Shown: piece after piece, positions 33,635 to 43,004 of the stretch
Numbering within the stretch: the stretch's first letter is position 1
Layout of the letters: each line of letters opens with the position of its first letter
Translations under genes and position numbers: made by a program
The notes under the pieces: generated by a model
Told to the model about the DNA's origin: nothing
Databases searched by the model: none
The model's input: the letters and a program-made list of their open reading frames with translations, nothing else
Assembly (NCBI GenBank): GCA_023270015.1
Contig: JAGDXZ010000030.1
Span: 1 to 45,615, forward strand
Reading direction: 5' to 3'
DNA from: Candidatus Micrarchaeota archaeon
GTDB lineage: Archaea; Micrarchaeota; Micrarchaeia; Micrarchaeales; CABMGC01
Length of the DNA: 45,615 nt

Positions 33635-33643
33635 AACCCTGTA

Positions 33644-33718
33644 TAGCGAGGGGTGGATTTGAACCACCGATCTCTGGGTTATGAGCCCAGCGGGTACTCC
33701 AAACTACCCCACCTCGCT
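33644..33718 (-). tRNA. initiator tRNA-Met(CAU)
   Basis: Manual fold. Acceptor AGCGAGG/CCTCGCT (A1:U72), anticodon arm CTGGG-CTCATAA-CCCAG with three G:C pairs next to the loop, T arm GGTGG-TTCAAAT-CCACC, discriminator A. Confidence 0.8.
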
Positions 33719-33742
33719 TTATTGTTTAATTTCTCCTTTCAA

Positions 33743-34489
33743 TTAAATAACTTTTTCTTTTGCAAGAAGCAGAGATTTAGCTTCTTCTTTGCTTAGCCTT
33801 TTCAAAGGTTTGCCACAATCAGGGCATTTGAAAGAATGCTCGAATGCAACGTCAAATGGCAAAACAACTTTGTTATAGTCGAAACATTTCTCGCACACAA
33901 AGAAATCATCACAGTCTTCAGGCAGGCCTATCCCCGCTTCTTCCTTCTTTGTGCTTATGTTGCTGTTGAATTCAAGCAGCTTCTCAACATCAACATACCA
34001 ATGGAATGTTAGCCAACCTTTAGAATCTTTTTCAGTGTCGTATTTTGTTATGCCATAGCCGCTGAGCAGGTTCAGCACACGTCTAACCTCATTAACCTTT
34101 ACATTAAGCTCGTTTGCAAGCGCATCGTCTGTCTTTGGAACAGTGAGCCTCTTCATTACTTCAACGCCGTATCTGCCCACGTTTGTGTGTATGTACTCTA
34201 CAAAAGCATCGTTAGCAAGCACAGTGTTTATAGCTTCAAGCACCTTCTTAGCCTGCTCCCTTTTCTGCTGCCTTTCTAGCCTCTTCTTTTCTAGCTCCTT
34301 AGCCTTTTTCTTAGCTTCTATGCTTATTTTAGCTTTAGCTTTTGCCAAAGCCTTCTTGCGACTAGCCTTAGCAGCATTAACCTTGTTTTCCTGCCTTTTT
34401 ACCTTTTTAGAATGAGCAGTACTCTTGCTTGCTGCCCTGCCTTTCAAAAAATCACCAATATTATTTTCGCTTCGGAGATATATAAACAT
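33743..34489 (-). CDS. tfe: transcription factor E (TFE alpha) with Lys/Ala-rich N-terminal extension
   Basis: The wHTH region is DALANELNVKVNEVRRVLNLLSGYGI...GWLTFHWYVD. The Zn-ribbon is CEKCFDYN...CPDCGKPL. The real start may be the TTG at 34447, because TTTATATA sits just inside the annotated 5' end. Confidence 0.8.
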   Translation of the reverse strand: MFIYLRSENNIGDFLKGRAASKSTAHSKKVKRQENKVNAAKASRKKALAKAKAKISIEAKKKAKELEKKRLERQQKREQAKKVLEAINTVLANDAFVEYIHTNVGRYGVEVMKRLTVPKTDDALANELNVKVNEVRRVLNLLSGYGITKYDTEKDSKGWLTFHWYVDVEKLLEFNSNISTKKEEAGIGLPEDCDDFFVCEKCFDYNKVVLPFDVAFEHSFKCPDCGKPLKRLSKEEAKSLLLAKEKVI

Positions 34490-34544
34490 ATCTAAAGTTT
34501 AACCTAGTACTTATTGTTTTTGTGATTTTGTAAAATTTTTCAAG

Positions 34545-34618
34545 CGGGCCTGGTGGGATTCGGACCCACGACTTACTGGTTAAGAGCCAGTCACTCTACC
34601 AAGCTGAGTTACAGGCCC
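34545..34618 (-). tRNA. tRNA-Lys(CUU)
   Basis: Manual fold. Acceptor GGGCCTG/CAGGCCC, D arm ACTC/GAGT, anticodon arm ACTGG-CTCTTAA-CCAGT, T arm GTGGG-TCCGAAT-CCCAC, discriminator G. Confidence 0.8.
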
Positions 34619-34626
34619 ACAATATA

Positions 34627-35955
34627 TTATTTTTTGCCTTTATTTATAAATTCTTTTATTACTGTGTCGAGTTCATCACTCTTAGGTTTTATTTCATAGC
34701 TTACCTGAACTATTGGCTTGTCTACATTGATTATATGCCTCAGGTTTGTGGGCGTCGCAGAGATCACAACATCGCAGTCAGCTTTGTTTATTGTTGCTTC
34801 TAAATCCCTTATTTCCTTGTCGCTATAGCCTACCGCCGGGAGCTCCTTTCCAAGGTGCGGGTATTGTTCATAGACCTGTTTTATTATTCCAACAGCATAC
34901 TGCTTTGCATCAACTATCTCTTTAGCGCCGTATTCTTTCGCAGCTACAGTCGCAGCACCAAACGTCATTCCACCATGGGTTATTGTAGGTCCATCCTCTA
35001 CAAGGAGCGCTCGCTTGCCTTTTATTATGTTTGGATTGTCTGGTGTTACTACCGATTCTGAAAGCAAAATCTTTGCCTTGCTGTTTATCTTCTTCAAGTC
35101 TGCCACAACTCTTTCTACATCTTCTTTGCTTGCAGAATTTACCTTGTTCACTAGCAAAACATCAGCCATCCTTGCTGCTGTTTGCCCTGGGTAATAAGTA
35201 AGCTCATGGCCTGCGCGGAGCGGATCTGCAACAGTTATCATCAAATCCGGCTTTATAAAAGGAGTATCATTGTTGCCGCCATCCCATAGTATTATATCTG
35301 CCTCTTTCTCCGCATTCTTTAATATCTCTGCATAATCCACCCCTGCATAGACCACAAACCTGTTTAGTATGTGTGGCTCATAATCTTCCCTCTCTTCTAT
35401 AGTTGTCTTGTATTTGTCAAGGTCTTTTATTTCGGCAAACCTTTGCACTTTTTGCTTCGCAAGGTCGCCATATGGCATAGGATGCCTTATTATCACCACC
35501 CTTTTACCCAAATTTCTAAGTAACTTTGCAATATACCTGCTTGTAGGGCTTTTCCCCACACCAGTTCTCACTCCACATACTGCTATTACTGGCTTGTTTG
35601 ACTTTAGCATTGTTCGCTCCGGTGCAATTAGCCAAAAATCAGCCCCACTCGCGTTTGCTACGCTAGCCTTTTCCATCACCGTATCGTTGCTTAGATCGCT
35701 ATAGGCAAGTATGCATACATCAGCGCCGAGCTCTTTTATGAGCTTGGGCAGATCTTTTTCGTCATATATTTTTATTCCGTTTGGATAACGTTCTCCGCTA
35801 AGCTCTTTTGGATACAGTCTATTGCTTATGAACGGTATTTGTGCCGCTGTAAATCCAACAACTTCATAATTTGGGTCGTTCCTGAACAAGGTGTTGAAGA
35901 CATGGAAATCCCTTCCAGCAGCGCCAAGAATGAGCACTTTCGTTTTTGCCGCCAT
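34627..35955 (-). CDS. COG2403-type P-loop protein (predicted GTPase / cyclic 2,3-diphosphoglycerate synthetase-like)
   Basis: Motifs VLILGAAGRDFHVFN, VCGVRTGVGKSPTSR (P-loop), IRHPMPYGDL, TIEEREDYEPHI and LWDGGNND match my memory of this family. Confidence 0.6.
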   Translation of the reverse strand: MAAKTKVLILGAAGRDFHVFNTLFRNDPNYEVVGFTAAQIPFISNRLYPKELSGERYPNGIKIYDEKDLPKLIKELGADVCILAYSDLSNDTVMEKASVANASGADFWLIAPERTMLKSNKPVIAVCGVRTGVGKSPTSRYIAKLLRNLGKRVVIIRHPMPYGDLAKQKVQRFAEIKDLDKYKTTIEEREDYEPHILNRFVVYAGVDYAEILKNAEKEADIILWDGGNNDTPFIKPDLMITVADPLRAGHELTYYPGQTAARMADVLLVNKVNSASKEDVERVVADLKKINSKAKILLSESVVTPDNPNIIKGKRALLVEDGPTITHGGMTFGAATVAAKEYGAKEIVDAKQYAVGIIKQVYEQYPHLGKELPAVGYSDKEIRDLEATINKADCDVVISATPTNLRHIINVDKPIVQVSYEIKPKSDELDTVIKEFINKGKK

Positions 35956-35993
35956 ACACCCACAAAAATTTTAGCGTAGAGCAAAAATAAAAG

Positions 35994-36464
35994 CTAAATC
36001 TTTTTAGGCTTGTAGTGGAATAGCTTCCTCAGCTTTGCCACCTCATTTTCTATTTCATGCATTGCAAGGTGCCTAAGCTCGTATTTTCTCAAGTCGGCAT
36101 AAAGCTTATCATTATAGTCTTGGTATACATCGAACTTGTTTCTTGGTATTATGTGTATGTGAAGATGTTCAACGCTTCTACCAGAGTACTCTCCAATTTG
36201 TGCTACAATGTTGTACGAGCTTTCGCACTTATATGCCTTCAATAATACAGGTATGACGTGCCTCATTGTCTTTAGCAGGTCTTCGGCCTCTTTATCTGTA
36301 AGCTGCATCAAATCAGTAACGTGCCTTTTAGGCACTATTAGCGAATGGCCTTTGACTACTGGATAGAGGTTGTAAAGCACGTACGTATGCCTGCTTTCGT
36401 AGTATGCTTGCTTGATTATTTGCTCTTTGTTGCAAAAAGGATCACGTTCGTCTTCCTCAGTCAT
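35994..36464 (-). CDS. HIT (histidine triad) family nucleotide hydrolase/transferase
   Basis: HLHIHIIPR histidine triad, with DPFC near the N-terminus. Confidence 0.8.
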   Translation of the reverse strand: MTEEDERDPFCNKEQIIKQAYYESRHTYVLYNLYPVVKGHSLIVPKRHVTDLMQLTDKEAEDLLKTMRHVIPVLLKAYKCESSYNIVAQIGEYSGRSVEHLHIHIIPRNKFDVYQDYNDKLYADLRKYELRHLAMHEIENEVAKLRKLFHYKPKKI

Positions 36465-36488
36465 ATTCTCAATATTATTTGCCTAAGC

Positions 36489-37835
36489 TTAAAAAAGGGC
36501 TTTTTTCTTCGTTTCAGGTGCCCACAAAACAGTAACTGCGAATCCTAGGAATTCAAAGGCTGCAAACATCACTAGTGCCGCCGATAGGCTGAGGGAATTG
36601 AGAAGCACTGGGAAAGCCACTATGCCAAGAATGCCTCCAATTCTGCTAAACGAAGTAGCAAAGCCATGTGCTGTAGCCCTAAGCCTCGTAGGATACGCCT
36701 CTGCTGGATATGTATATGTGAGGTTTGTAGGCCCTAGGTTGTGGAATACGTGCATAAGCGCAAAGCCTATGAAAGCGATAGCAAATGGCGTTTCTTTTGT
36801 AAAATGAGCATATGCTGCAAAGGTCAGCAAGGATATGCCTGCCAGCAAGAATCCATATTCTTCAAGTGGCTTCCTGCCTACTCTCTCAACAAGCGTTACG
36901 CATAAAGCAAATCCTATAAAGACAGGCACTTCTTCGAGCAAGTCAGCAATAATCGACCCAACATAGCTGCTTCCTGTGCTTATGAAAATAGACGGCGTGA
37001 AGGTCCAAACGCCATAGCTAGCAACATCATAAGCAAACCATGCCAATGAGGAAAAGAGCGTTAGCTTAAGGAAGCGCTTTGAAAAAAGCTCCCTAAAGCT
37101 GCTTTTACCCTTTTCCAGCTTTATGCTTTCTGCAAGCCTGCTTGGCAGCACGCCGACTGAGGTCGCAATTATCGAAACTGATTTTTCAAACTCCTTTTTC
37201 TTTTCTTTAAGCTTGAGCCACCACGGCGATTCTGGAATTGTATTCCTTGCAGCGACAACAATCAAGGGAATTATTGCCGCTGTGCCATACATTAGCTTCC
37301 ATGCAACATTGCCTACAAAATAGAGAGGAATCGAGACAAGCAGGAAAACAATGCTGCCTATAGTCCACATGAAGATATTGAGGACAAGCAGCATGCCGCG
37401 CCTTTTCGTAGGTGAAAACTCTGCCTGGATAGAGGAGCTTATTGGATAATCTGCGCCAATGCCTATGCCAGCGCCAAGCTGCAACAGGAAAAACTCAAGC
37501 CAGTTGGTCGAAAATGCAGTGAGAAGCAAGAACAACGCAGTTGCACTAAGGTCATAAATGTACATTTTTCTTCTGCCTATCCTGTCAGCGATGTTGCCAA
37601 ACGTAGCAGCCCCAAGCAGCATGCCGATGAGTGGAGCCGCGCCCATGAGTCCCCATTCCAAGCTTGTCGGCTCGAAAACATATTTCAGGCCTGTAGGCAA
37701 AGCAGTAGCAGCGGAGAATATAGTAAGCACGTAGCCATCCATGAACATGCCCATGGAGGAGAATAAGGTAACAAGCCAGACGAATTTAGTTATGTGCTCT
37801 GTTTCGTAGTAGCCATGCACAATATGCGTGAACAA
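36489..37835 (-). CDS. MFS transporter (sugar-porter-like)
   Basis: GNIADRIGRRKMY motif A and 12 hydrophobic helices with a central charged loop. Confidence 0.8.
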   Translation of the reverse strand: MFTHIVHGYYETEHITKFVWLVTLFSSMGMFMDGYVLTIFSAATALPTGLKYVFEPTSLEWGLMGAAPLIGMLLGAATFGNIADRIGRRKMYIYDLSATALFLLLTAFSTNWLEFFLLQLGAGIGIGADYPISSSIQAEFSPTKRRGMLLVLNIFMWTIGSIVFLLVSIPLYFVGNVAWKLMYGTAAIIPLIVVAARNTIPESPWWLKLKEKKKEFEKSVSIIATSVGVLPSRLAESIKLEKGKSSFRELFSKRFLKLTLFSSLAWFAYDVASYGVWTFTPSIFISTGSSYVGSIIADLLEEVPVFIGFALCVTLVERVGRKPLEEYGFLLAGISLLTFAAYAHFTKETPFAIAFIGFALMHVFHNLGPTNLTYTYPAEAYPTRLRATAHGFATSFSRIGGILGIVAFPVLLNSLSLSAALVMFAAFEFLGFAVTVLWAPETKKKALF

Positions 37836-37912
37836 ACAACCTTTATTATGTTTTTGATCACCTAAAAGCTAAAAGGCAAACTATAAATACTGAAAGAATT
37901 ACAAAAGGCAGC

Positions 37913-38830
37913 ATGAGTGAAGTAGCTTACAGGAGGATATCCCAGCTGCCCCGGGGAAAAGTCGATCTTTCAGATCTTCCAACTTATGAGGGGCTGGCGC
38001 TTGGAGACCTTTTGAGTGCAGTTAGGAAAACGTCAGAAATAAGGCCAGAAGATGCGCTTAACCCATCCCAATACTCATTGGTAAGGAAGCAAGAAAGGAA
38101 TGTGCCTTCTAAAAATTTGAATGAGGAATATAACCGCATAGCTCATTTAATCAATTCTGTCGCGTTCATAGATCCTCTTTTCGTTAGATATTATGCAGAA
38201 CACATTGCTCCAGTATCGCAAGCCTTCTTTACTGCATTTACAAAAACTTTCAAAAGGAAGCTGCACAAATCTTCCATACTCGACATAGGCTGTGGTCCAG
38301 GCGCACCAGTATTGGCTGCGTTGCAAAACATGCAGGCTTTTATTGATTCTAGGGCTCGCCGATTAGAATTTACCTATGTGGGTGTAGACTCCTCTTTTGC
38401 CGTATTTGAAACTCTTGCTCCACTTTTGCAAAGCTCAAACAATGCACACTTTGTGAAGGGCGAATTTCCCCAATTAGAGGCAAAAAGAGAGATAGCAAAA
38501 TTCGTTCCCAAGTTTGATAACGTCATCGCAGGAGGAGTGGTAGACTATCTGGCTAGGTCAGAGTTGCACGAATTAGTAAGCGGGATAGCAGATATGATAA
38601 AGCCAGGCGGTCGTTTGATAGCGTATGTGCCAATCTTCAAAATGAACCAAGGATATGATTATATCCCTCTACTGGCAGAACTAAACGCCAAAGGGTTCGT
38701 TAACGCAGCTGGGGTGTTGCTAGGAAAGCAGGATGTGATGGTAGAAGAATTTAAGTTCGTGCATAGCCGCTTTACTTTCTACGCTTTAATTGCCTACTAC
38801 AAAACAGGATTTAAAAATTTGGAACGATGA
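37913..38830 (+). CDS. class I SAM-dependent methyltransferase with unassigned N-terminal region
   Basis: ILDIGCGPGAP motif I, VGVDSS, and a post-motif region with GGRLIAYVP. Confidence 0.55.
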   Translation: MSEVAYRRISQLPRGKVDLSDLPTYEGLALGDLLSAVRKTSEIRPEDALNPSQYSLVRKQERNVPSKNLNEEYNRIAHLINSVAFIDPLFVRYYAEHIAPVSQAFFTAFTKTFKRKLHKSSILDIGCGPGAPVLAALQNMQAFIDSRARRLEFTYVGVDSSFAVFETLAPLLQSSNNAHFVKGEFPQLEAKREIAKFVPKFDNVIAGGVVDYLARSELHELVSGIADMIKPGGRLIAYVPIFKMNQGYDYIPLLAELNAKGFVNAAGVLLGKQDVMVEEFKFVHSRFTFYALIAYYKTGFKNLER

Positions 38831-38942
38831 AATGGCCTTTGCCATGCTGCTGGTTAGGCAGGCAGTTTCTCCATTAGCCTTAAATATCTTTTCAGCTTAA
38901 TATAAACAACCCGCAAGTACTGCATTTTGCAGGAGGGATTGA

Positions 38943-39578
38943 ATGCTAGAAGACAAATATGCTGATTTTGAAAAGTTCCTTGCAGAGAATAAAGGTAAAA
39001 GAAAGTTTAAGCAAACAGTCGAGCTAGCTGTGAATTTCAAAGGAGTTGATTTTACAAACCAAAACAACAGGCTTAACCTTTCAATTCTTTTGCCACATGG
39101 AAGAGGAAAGGCTAGTAAAATAGCAGTATTTGCTTCTGATAGGTCCGTAATCGAAGATGCACAAAAGGCAGGAATAGAGGTAATAAAAGCAGAGGATATA
39201 CCTGCAATTGCTACTGATAAGCAGAAGCTAGCAAGTTTGGCGAAATACGCGCTTCTTGCTCAGCCGAACTTAATGCCAACAATAGCTAAATATCTTGGCC
39301 AATATCTTGGGCCCAGAGGCAAGATGCCAAGGCCTCTGCTTCCAGGTACTTCATTGGCAAAGGCCGTTGACGAGATTAGCAGACAGGTTGTTGTAAAGAC
39401 AAGTGGCAAGCTTTTGCCAACGGTGCACTGTCCAGTGGGCACAGAAGACATGGAGCCAAAGAAGCTTTTTGAGAACATGCAAGAGGTGCTTAACAACATA
39501 GTGGCAAAGACAGGCAAAAACAGCTTGAAGTCTGTCTTCGTGAAGCTCACTATGAGCAAGCCATTGAGGCTTATGTAG
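38943..39578 (+). CDS. rpl1: 50S ribosomal protein L1 (uL1)
   Basis: RKFKQTVELAVNFKGVDF...LPHGRGK...LGPRGKMPRPL... Confidence 0.9.
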   Translation: MLEDKYADFEKFLAENKGKRKFKQTVELAVNFKGVDFTNQNNRLNLSILLPHGRGKASKIAVFASDRSVIEDAQKAGIEVIKAEDIPAIATDKQKLASLAKYALLAQPNLMPTIAKYLGQYLGPRGKMPRPLLPGTSLAKAVDEISRQVVVKTSGKLLPTVHCPVGTEDMEPKKLFENMQEVLNNIVAKTGKNSLKSVFVKLTMSKPLRLM

Positions 39579-39586
39579 GTGCTAGA

Positions 39587-40423
39587 ATGCTGAGAAAAGA
39601 AAAAGAGGCTTTCGTAAAAAGGCTTGCAGAAAAGATAAGCAAGCACAAGACAGTTGCAGTTTTGCCGCTTGCAGGCATACCTGACAGACTTCTTCAAAAA
39701 GCAAGAAATTCGCTCAGAGGAGAAGCTGAGATAATAGTAGGCAGGAACACGCTTATCAAGCGCGCGCTTGGCGATAAGGCAAGCCTAGCTAGCAAGGTAG
39801 ATGGCGACGTTGCACTTGTTCTTTCAGACCTTGATCCATTTACGCTCTACTCTAAGATAGGTTCAAACTCCCTACAACTGCTTGCTAAGCCAGGCCAGAT
39901 AGCCCCTATGGATATAGAGGTGAAAGCTGGCGAGACTAACATTCAACCAGGCCAAGCTGTTACGGAGCTTAAGGCAGCTGGGCTTGACGTTCAGATACAG
40001 AAGAACAAAGTCGTAATTGCAAAGGATAAAAAAATCGTAGAAGCTGGCAAGAAAATAACTGCGCAGGTAGCAAATGCCTTAAAGCTTCTCGACATAAAGC
40101 CTTTCACAGTCTCTACCACAATCTCTGCTGCTTACTTCGAAGGGCTGCTGTTCGGCAAAGAGGCTTTGAGCATAACCCCTGCCTATGTTGCTTCTGAGGT
40201 TGCGAAGTCTTTTGTAGAGGCAAACGCTTTGAGCACAGGAATAGGCTACGTAACTCCTTACAACGCAGCATATTTTGTAAGCAAGGCCTATAACGAAGCC
40301 ATAGCCTTAGGCCTTTCAGCGAACATACCAGAGCCTGAGATTATGGAAAAGCTGGTTGAAAAGGCAGCTCAAGAGGCAAATAATATTAATAAGGTAGCGG
40401 GTATAAATAATACGAATGCTTAA
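39587..40423 (+). CDS. rpl10: 50S ribosomal protein uL10 (acidic ribosomal protein P0), short form
   Basis: [56 protein letters not shown]. It sits between L1 and P1. 278 aa. Confidence 0.85.
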   Translation: MLRKEKEAFVKRLAEKISKHKTVAVLPLAGIPDRLLQKARNSLRGEAEIIVGRNTLIKRALGDKASLASKVDGDVALVLSDLDPFTLYSKIGSNSLQLLAKPGQIAPMDIEVKAGETNIQPGQAVTELKAAGLDVQIQKNKVVIAKDKKIVEAGKKITAQVANALKLLDIKPFTVSTTISAAYFEGLLFGKEALSITPAYVASEVAKSFVEANALSTGIGYVTPYNAAYFVSKAYNEAIALGLSANIPEPEIMEKLVEKAAQEANNINKVAGINNTNA

Positions 40424-40433
40424 AGGTGAAAAC

Positions 40434-40733
40434 ATGGAGTACATATACGCAGCACTATTGCTCGATTCTCTAGGAAAGGAGATAAACGAGGAAAACATGA
40501 AGAACGTTGTCAAGGCAGCAGGCAAGGAACCAGATGAAGCCATGATAAAAGCAGTGGTCAACTCCTTGAAAGGAGTAAACATAAAGGAAGTAATAAAGAA
40601 TGCTCAAGCGCAGCAGGTAGTACAGCAAGCAGCACCTCAGCAGGCACAGGCTCAGGAAAAGAAAGAGGAGAAGGCTGAGGAGAAGAAGAGCGAGGAAGAG
40701 GCTGCTGGCGGTCTTGCAAGCCTGTTTGGCTAA
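40434..40733 (+). CDS. rpl12: 50S ribosomal stalk protein P1 (aP1/L12)
   Basis: [26 protein letters not shown]...[25 protein letters not shown]. The ATG at 40434 is preceded by AAAGGTGAAAAC. Confidence 0.9.
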   Translation: MEYIYAALLLDSLGKEINEENMKNVVKAAGKEPDEAMIKAVVNSLKGVNIKEVIKNAQAQQVVQQAAPQQAQAQEKKEEKAEEKKSEEEAAGGLASLFG

Positions 40734-40795
40734 TAGCCGATTGGCGAAGCCTGCAAAAGTAATAAAAAGTTTGATAACTCAGTTATAGTGATTTT

Positions 40796-41167
40796 ATGCA
40801 GGTTTACGTAGAAAAAGAATATTGCACTGGTTGCCAGCACTGCAAGGACGTTTGCCCGGTAGCCGTCTTCGAAATGAAAAGCAGGATGGTCGGCGATAAG
40901 CCCAATCCCGAAGTTAACACAGACAAGGCGCCACCAGAGCACCAGTGGACTGGGAAGGTAGACAAGGCCACTTATGACAAGTGGGCAAACGTACAAGATG
41001 GCCATAGACACTTTGCCAACGACAACGACGGTACAAGCGGCGGCATATCCGTAGCAGTGAACGGAGATGCGTGCATTCTTTGCCAAGCATGCCTGGTAGA
41101 GTGCGAAGGAGAATGCATAGTAATAACCGATGACAGCGGCAACGTCTACAAGTCAATCTACAAGTGA
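40796..41167 (+). CDS. 2x[4Fe-4S] ferredoxin-like protein with a ~70-aa insertion between the cluster motifs
   Basis: CTGCQHCKDVCP and CILCQACLVEC motifs. Confidence 0.7.
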   Translation: MQVYVEKEYCTGCQHCKDVCPVAVFEMKSRMVGDKPNPEVNTDKAPPEHQWTGKVDKATYDKWANVQDGHRHFANDNDGTSGGISVAVNGDACILCQACLVECEGECIVITDDSGNVYKSIYK

Positions 41168-41314
41168 AGGTTTTGCTTTTCTGATTACTCCTAATTCTAT
41201 TTTTGCTTCAATGCCGCATCTACTTCTAATTCTAATTGTAATTGGAAAATCAGAATGCAAAACTTAAATACAAAATACAAAGAGGAAAGGAAAAAGAAAA
41301 GTCAAACTAAGTTG

Positions 41315-42964
41315 TCAGTCTTCTTCTCCTGCTGGGGGTGTGTTTTGTCCCGCCCCGCCGCTTGGCTGTGATGCTTTTGCGCTTATCATGTCGTCTATGC
41401 GGAGTATTTGCACGCTTGCTTCTGTCGCGCTCGCTATTGCCTGCTGCTTTATCTTCATAGGCTCAATTACTCCAAGCTTGCTCATGTCCCCTATAGTGCC
41501 CTTGTAGACATCTATGCCGTATACCATGCCTTCTTTTGTTCTCTGTTTGCTTCTTAGCTGTACAATGGTGTCTATCGGGTCCATGCCTGCACTGTCAGCT
41601 AGGGTCTTTGGAATTATTTCCAGTGCATCTGCGAAAGCCTGTATTGCAAGCTGCTCCCTTCCGCCTACCTCATTTGCATAGTCTCTCAGCTCTTTTGCCA
41701 AGCTTGCCTCTACAGCACCGCCGCCGTATACGCAAGAGCCTAGCTCAAGTGCAGCGGTGAGCGCGCCTATTTCGTCGTTTATGGTTCTTTCCGCTTCATC
41801 TATTACTTGCTGAGTGCCGCCTCTAACAAACAAGGTCACGCTCTTTGGATCCTTGCACTTCTCTACGAACACCATCTGTTCGCCACCAATCTTCCTTTCC
41901 TCGACAAGGCCTGCAAAGCCTATGTCGCTTGGTGATAGGTCATCTAGGCTTGTTACTAGCTTTGCTCCTGTAGCTTTTGCAAGCTTCTCTATGTCGCTCT
42001 TCTTCACCCTTCTTACTGCGAGTATGCCTGCCTTTGCTAGGTAATGCTGTGCAACGTCGTCAATGCCCTTTTCTACGAATATTGCGTTAGCGCCGCTCTG
42101 AGCAATCTTGTCCACCATCTCCTTGAGCATCTTCTCCTCCTGCTTGAGGAAAGACTCCATCTGCTCCGGAGATGTTATTTCTATGCGGGCGTCTGTTTCT
42201 GTCTTCTCTATCTCAAGTGCAACGTCGAGCAAGGCGATTTTTGCGTTTGTTATCGACTTCGGCATTTGAGGATGTGCGACTTCCTTGTCGATGAGTACGC
42301 CGTTTATCAGCTGCGTGTCTTCTATGCTGCCTCCCTCTTTCTTCTCCACCTTTATGTAGTCCTTATCAACGACTATTTTGTTGCCCTGCTTCTCAGCTAC
42401 CTGTTTAACTGCCTTTATGACAAGTTGGGCAAGATACTTCCTTGTAGAGTCAGAGCCTATGTTTTTTGATCCACCAGCAACAAGCACAACCTTCTCGAGC
42501 AAGTCATCGTCGTCCAATCCAATAGGCACCGAATACTTGTTGAGCAAGTCAGCAGCCTTCTTTGCTGCCATGTCATAGCCTTTTATTATTGTGTTAGGGT
42601 TAATGCCCTTCTCTATCAGATCGCCAGCATTCTTCAGAAGCTCGCCAGCAAGAACTACCACGCTGGTTGTACCGTCGCCCACTTCCTTGTCCTGGGTCTT
42701 TGCTATCTCAACCATGAGCTTTGCTACTGGGTGCTCTACGTTCATTTCCTCAAGTATTGTTGCTCCATCGTTTGTTATTACTATGTCCCCAAGCTCGCTT
42801 ACCAGCATCTTGTCCATTCCTTTAGGTCCTAGCGTGGACTTTATGATGCTTGCGACTGCGTACGCTACTGCTATGTTTGTTCTCTGGGCCTCTCTTCCGA
42901 TAAGCCTTGTGGCCCCCTCAGGCAATATATAATACTGCTGACCAAGTGTGTTTTCGCTTGCCAT
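41315..42964 (-). CDS. ths: thermosome subunit (group II chaperonin)
   Basis: Motifs GPKGMDKMLV, VGDGTTSVVVLAGELL, ITNDGATIL and YGGGAVEA. The ATG at 42964 is preceded by AAAGGTGAAAAT. The TTG extension to 43003 runs into the promoter. Confidence 0.95.
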   Translation of the reverse strand: MASENTLGQQYYILPEGATRLIGREAQRTNIAVAYAVASIIKSTLGPKGMDKMLVSELGDIVITNDGATILEEMNVEHPVAKLMVEIAKTQDKEVGDGTTSVVVLAGELLKNAGDLIEKGINPNTIIKGYDMAAKKAADLLNKYSVPIGLDDDDLLEKVVLVAGGSKNIGSDSTRKYLAQLVIKAVKQVAEKQGNKIVVDKDYIKVEKKEGGSIEDTQLINGVLIDKEVAHPQMPKSITNAKIALLDVALEIEKTETDARIEITSPEQMESFLKQEEKMLKEMVDKIAQSGANAIFVEKGIDDVAQHYLAKAGILAVRRVKKSDIEKLAKATGAKLVTSLDDLSPSDIGFAGLVEERKIGGEQMVFVEKCKDPKSVTLFVRGGTQQVIDEAERTINDEIGALTAALELGSCVYGGGAVEASLAKELRDYANEVGGREQLAIQAFADALEIIPKTLADSAGMDPIDTIVQLRSKQRTKEGMVYGIDVYKGTIGDMSKLGVIEPMKIKQQAIASATEASVQILRIDDMISAKASQPSGGAGQNTPPAGEED

Positions 42965-43004
42965 ATTTTCACCTTTCAAATTAGCATCAAAGCCTTGCTG
43001 CAAA

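Noticed and set aside
38915-38942. CTGCA-TTT-TGCAG hairpin next to the GGAGGG box upstream of rpl1, as an L1 autoregulatory mimic of the 23S L1 site
   Set aside because: The stem is only 5 bp. It probably lies partly upstream of the TSS given the TATA-like box at ~38899, and I could not match it to the L1 rRNA site by eye.
40730-41086. 118-aa minus-strand ORF
   Set aside because: It is antisense to the ferredoxin-like gene, which has two unambiguous CxxCxxCxxxC motifs.
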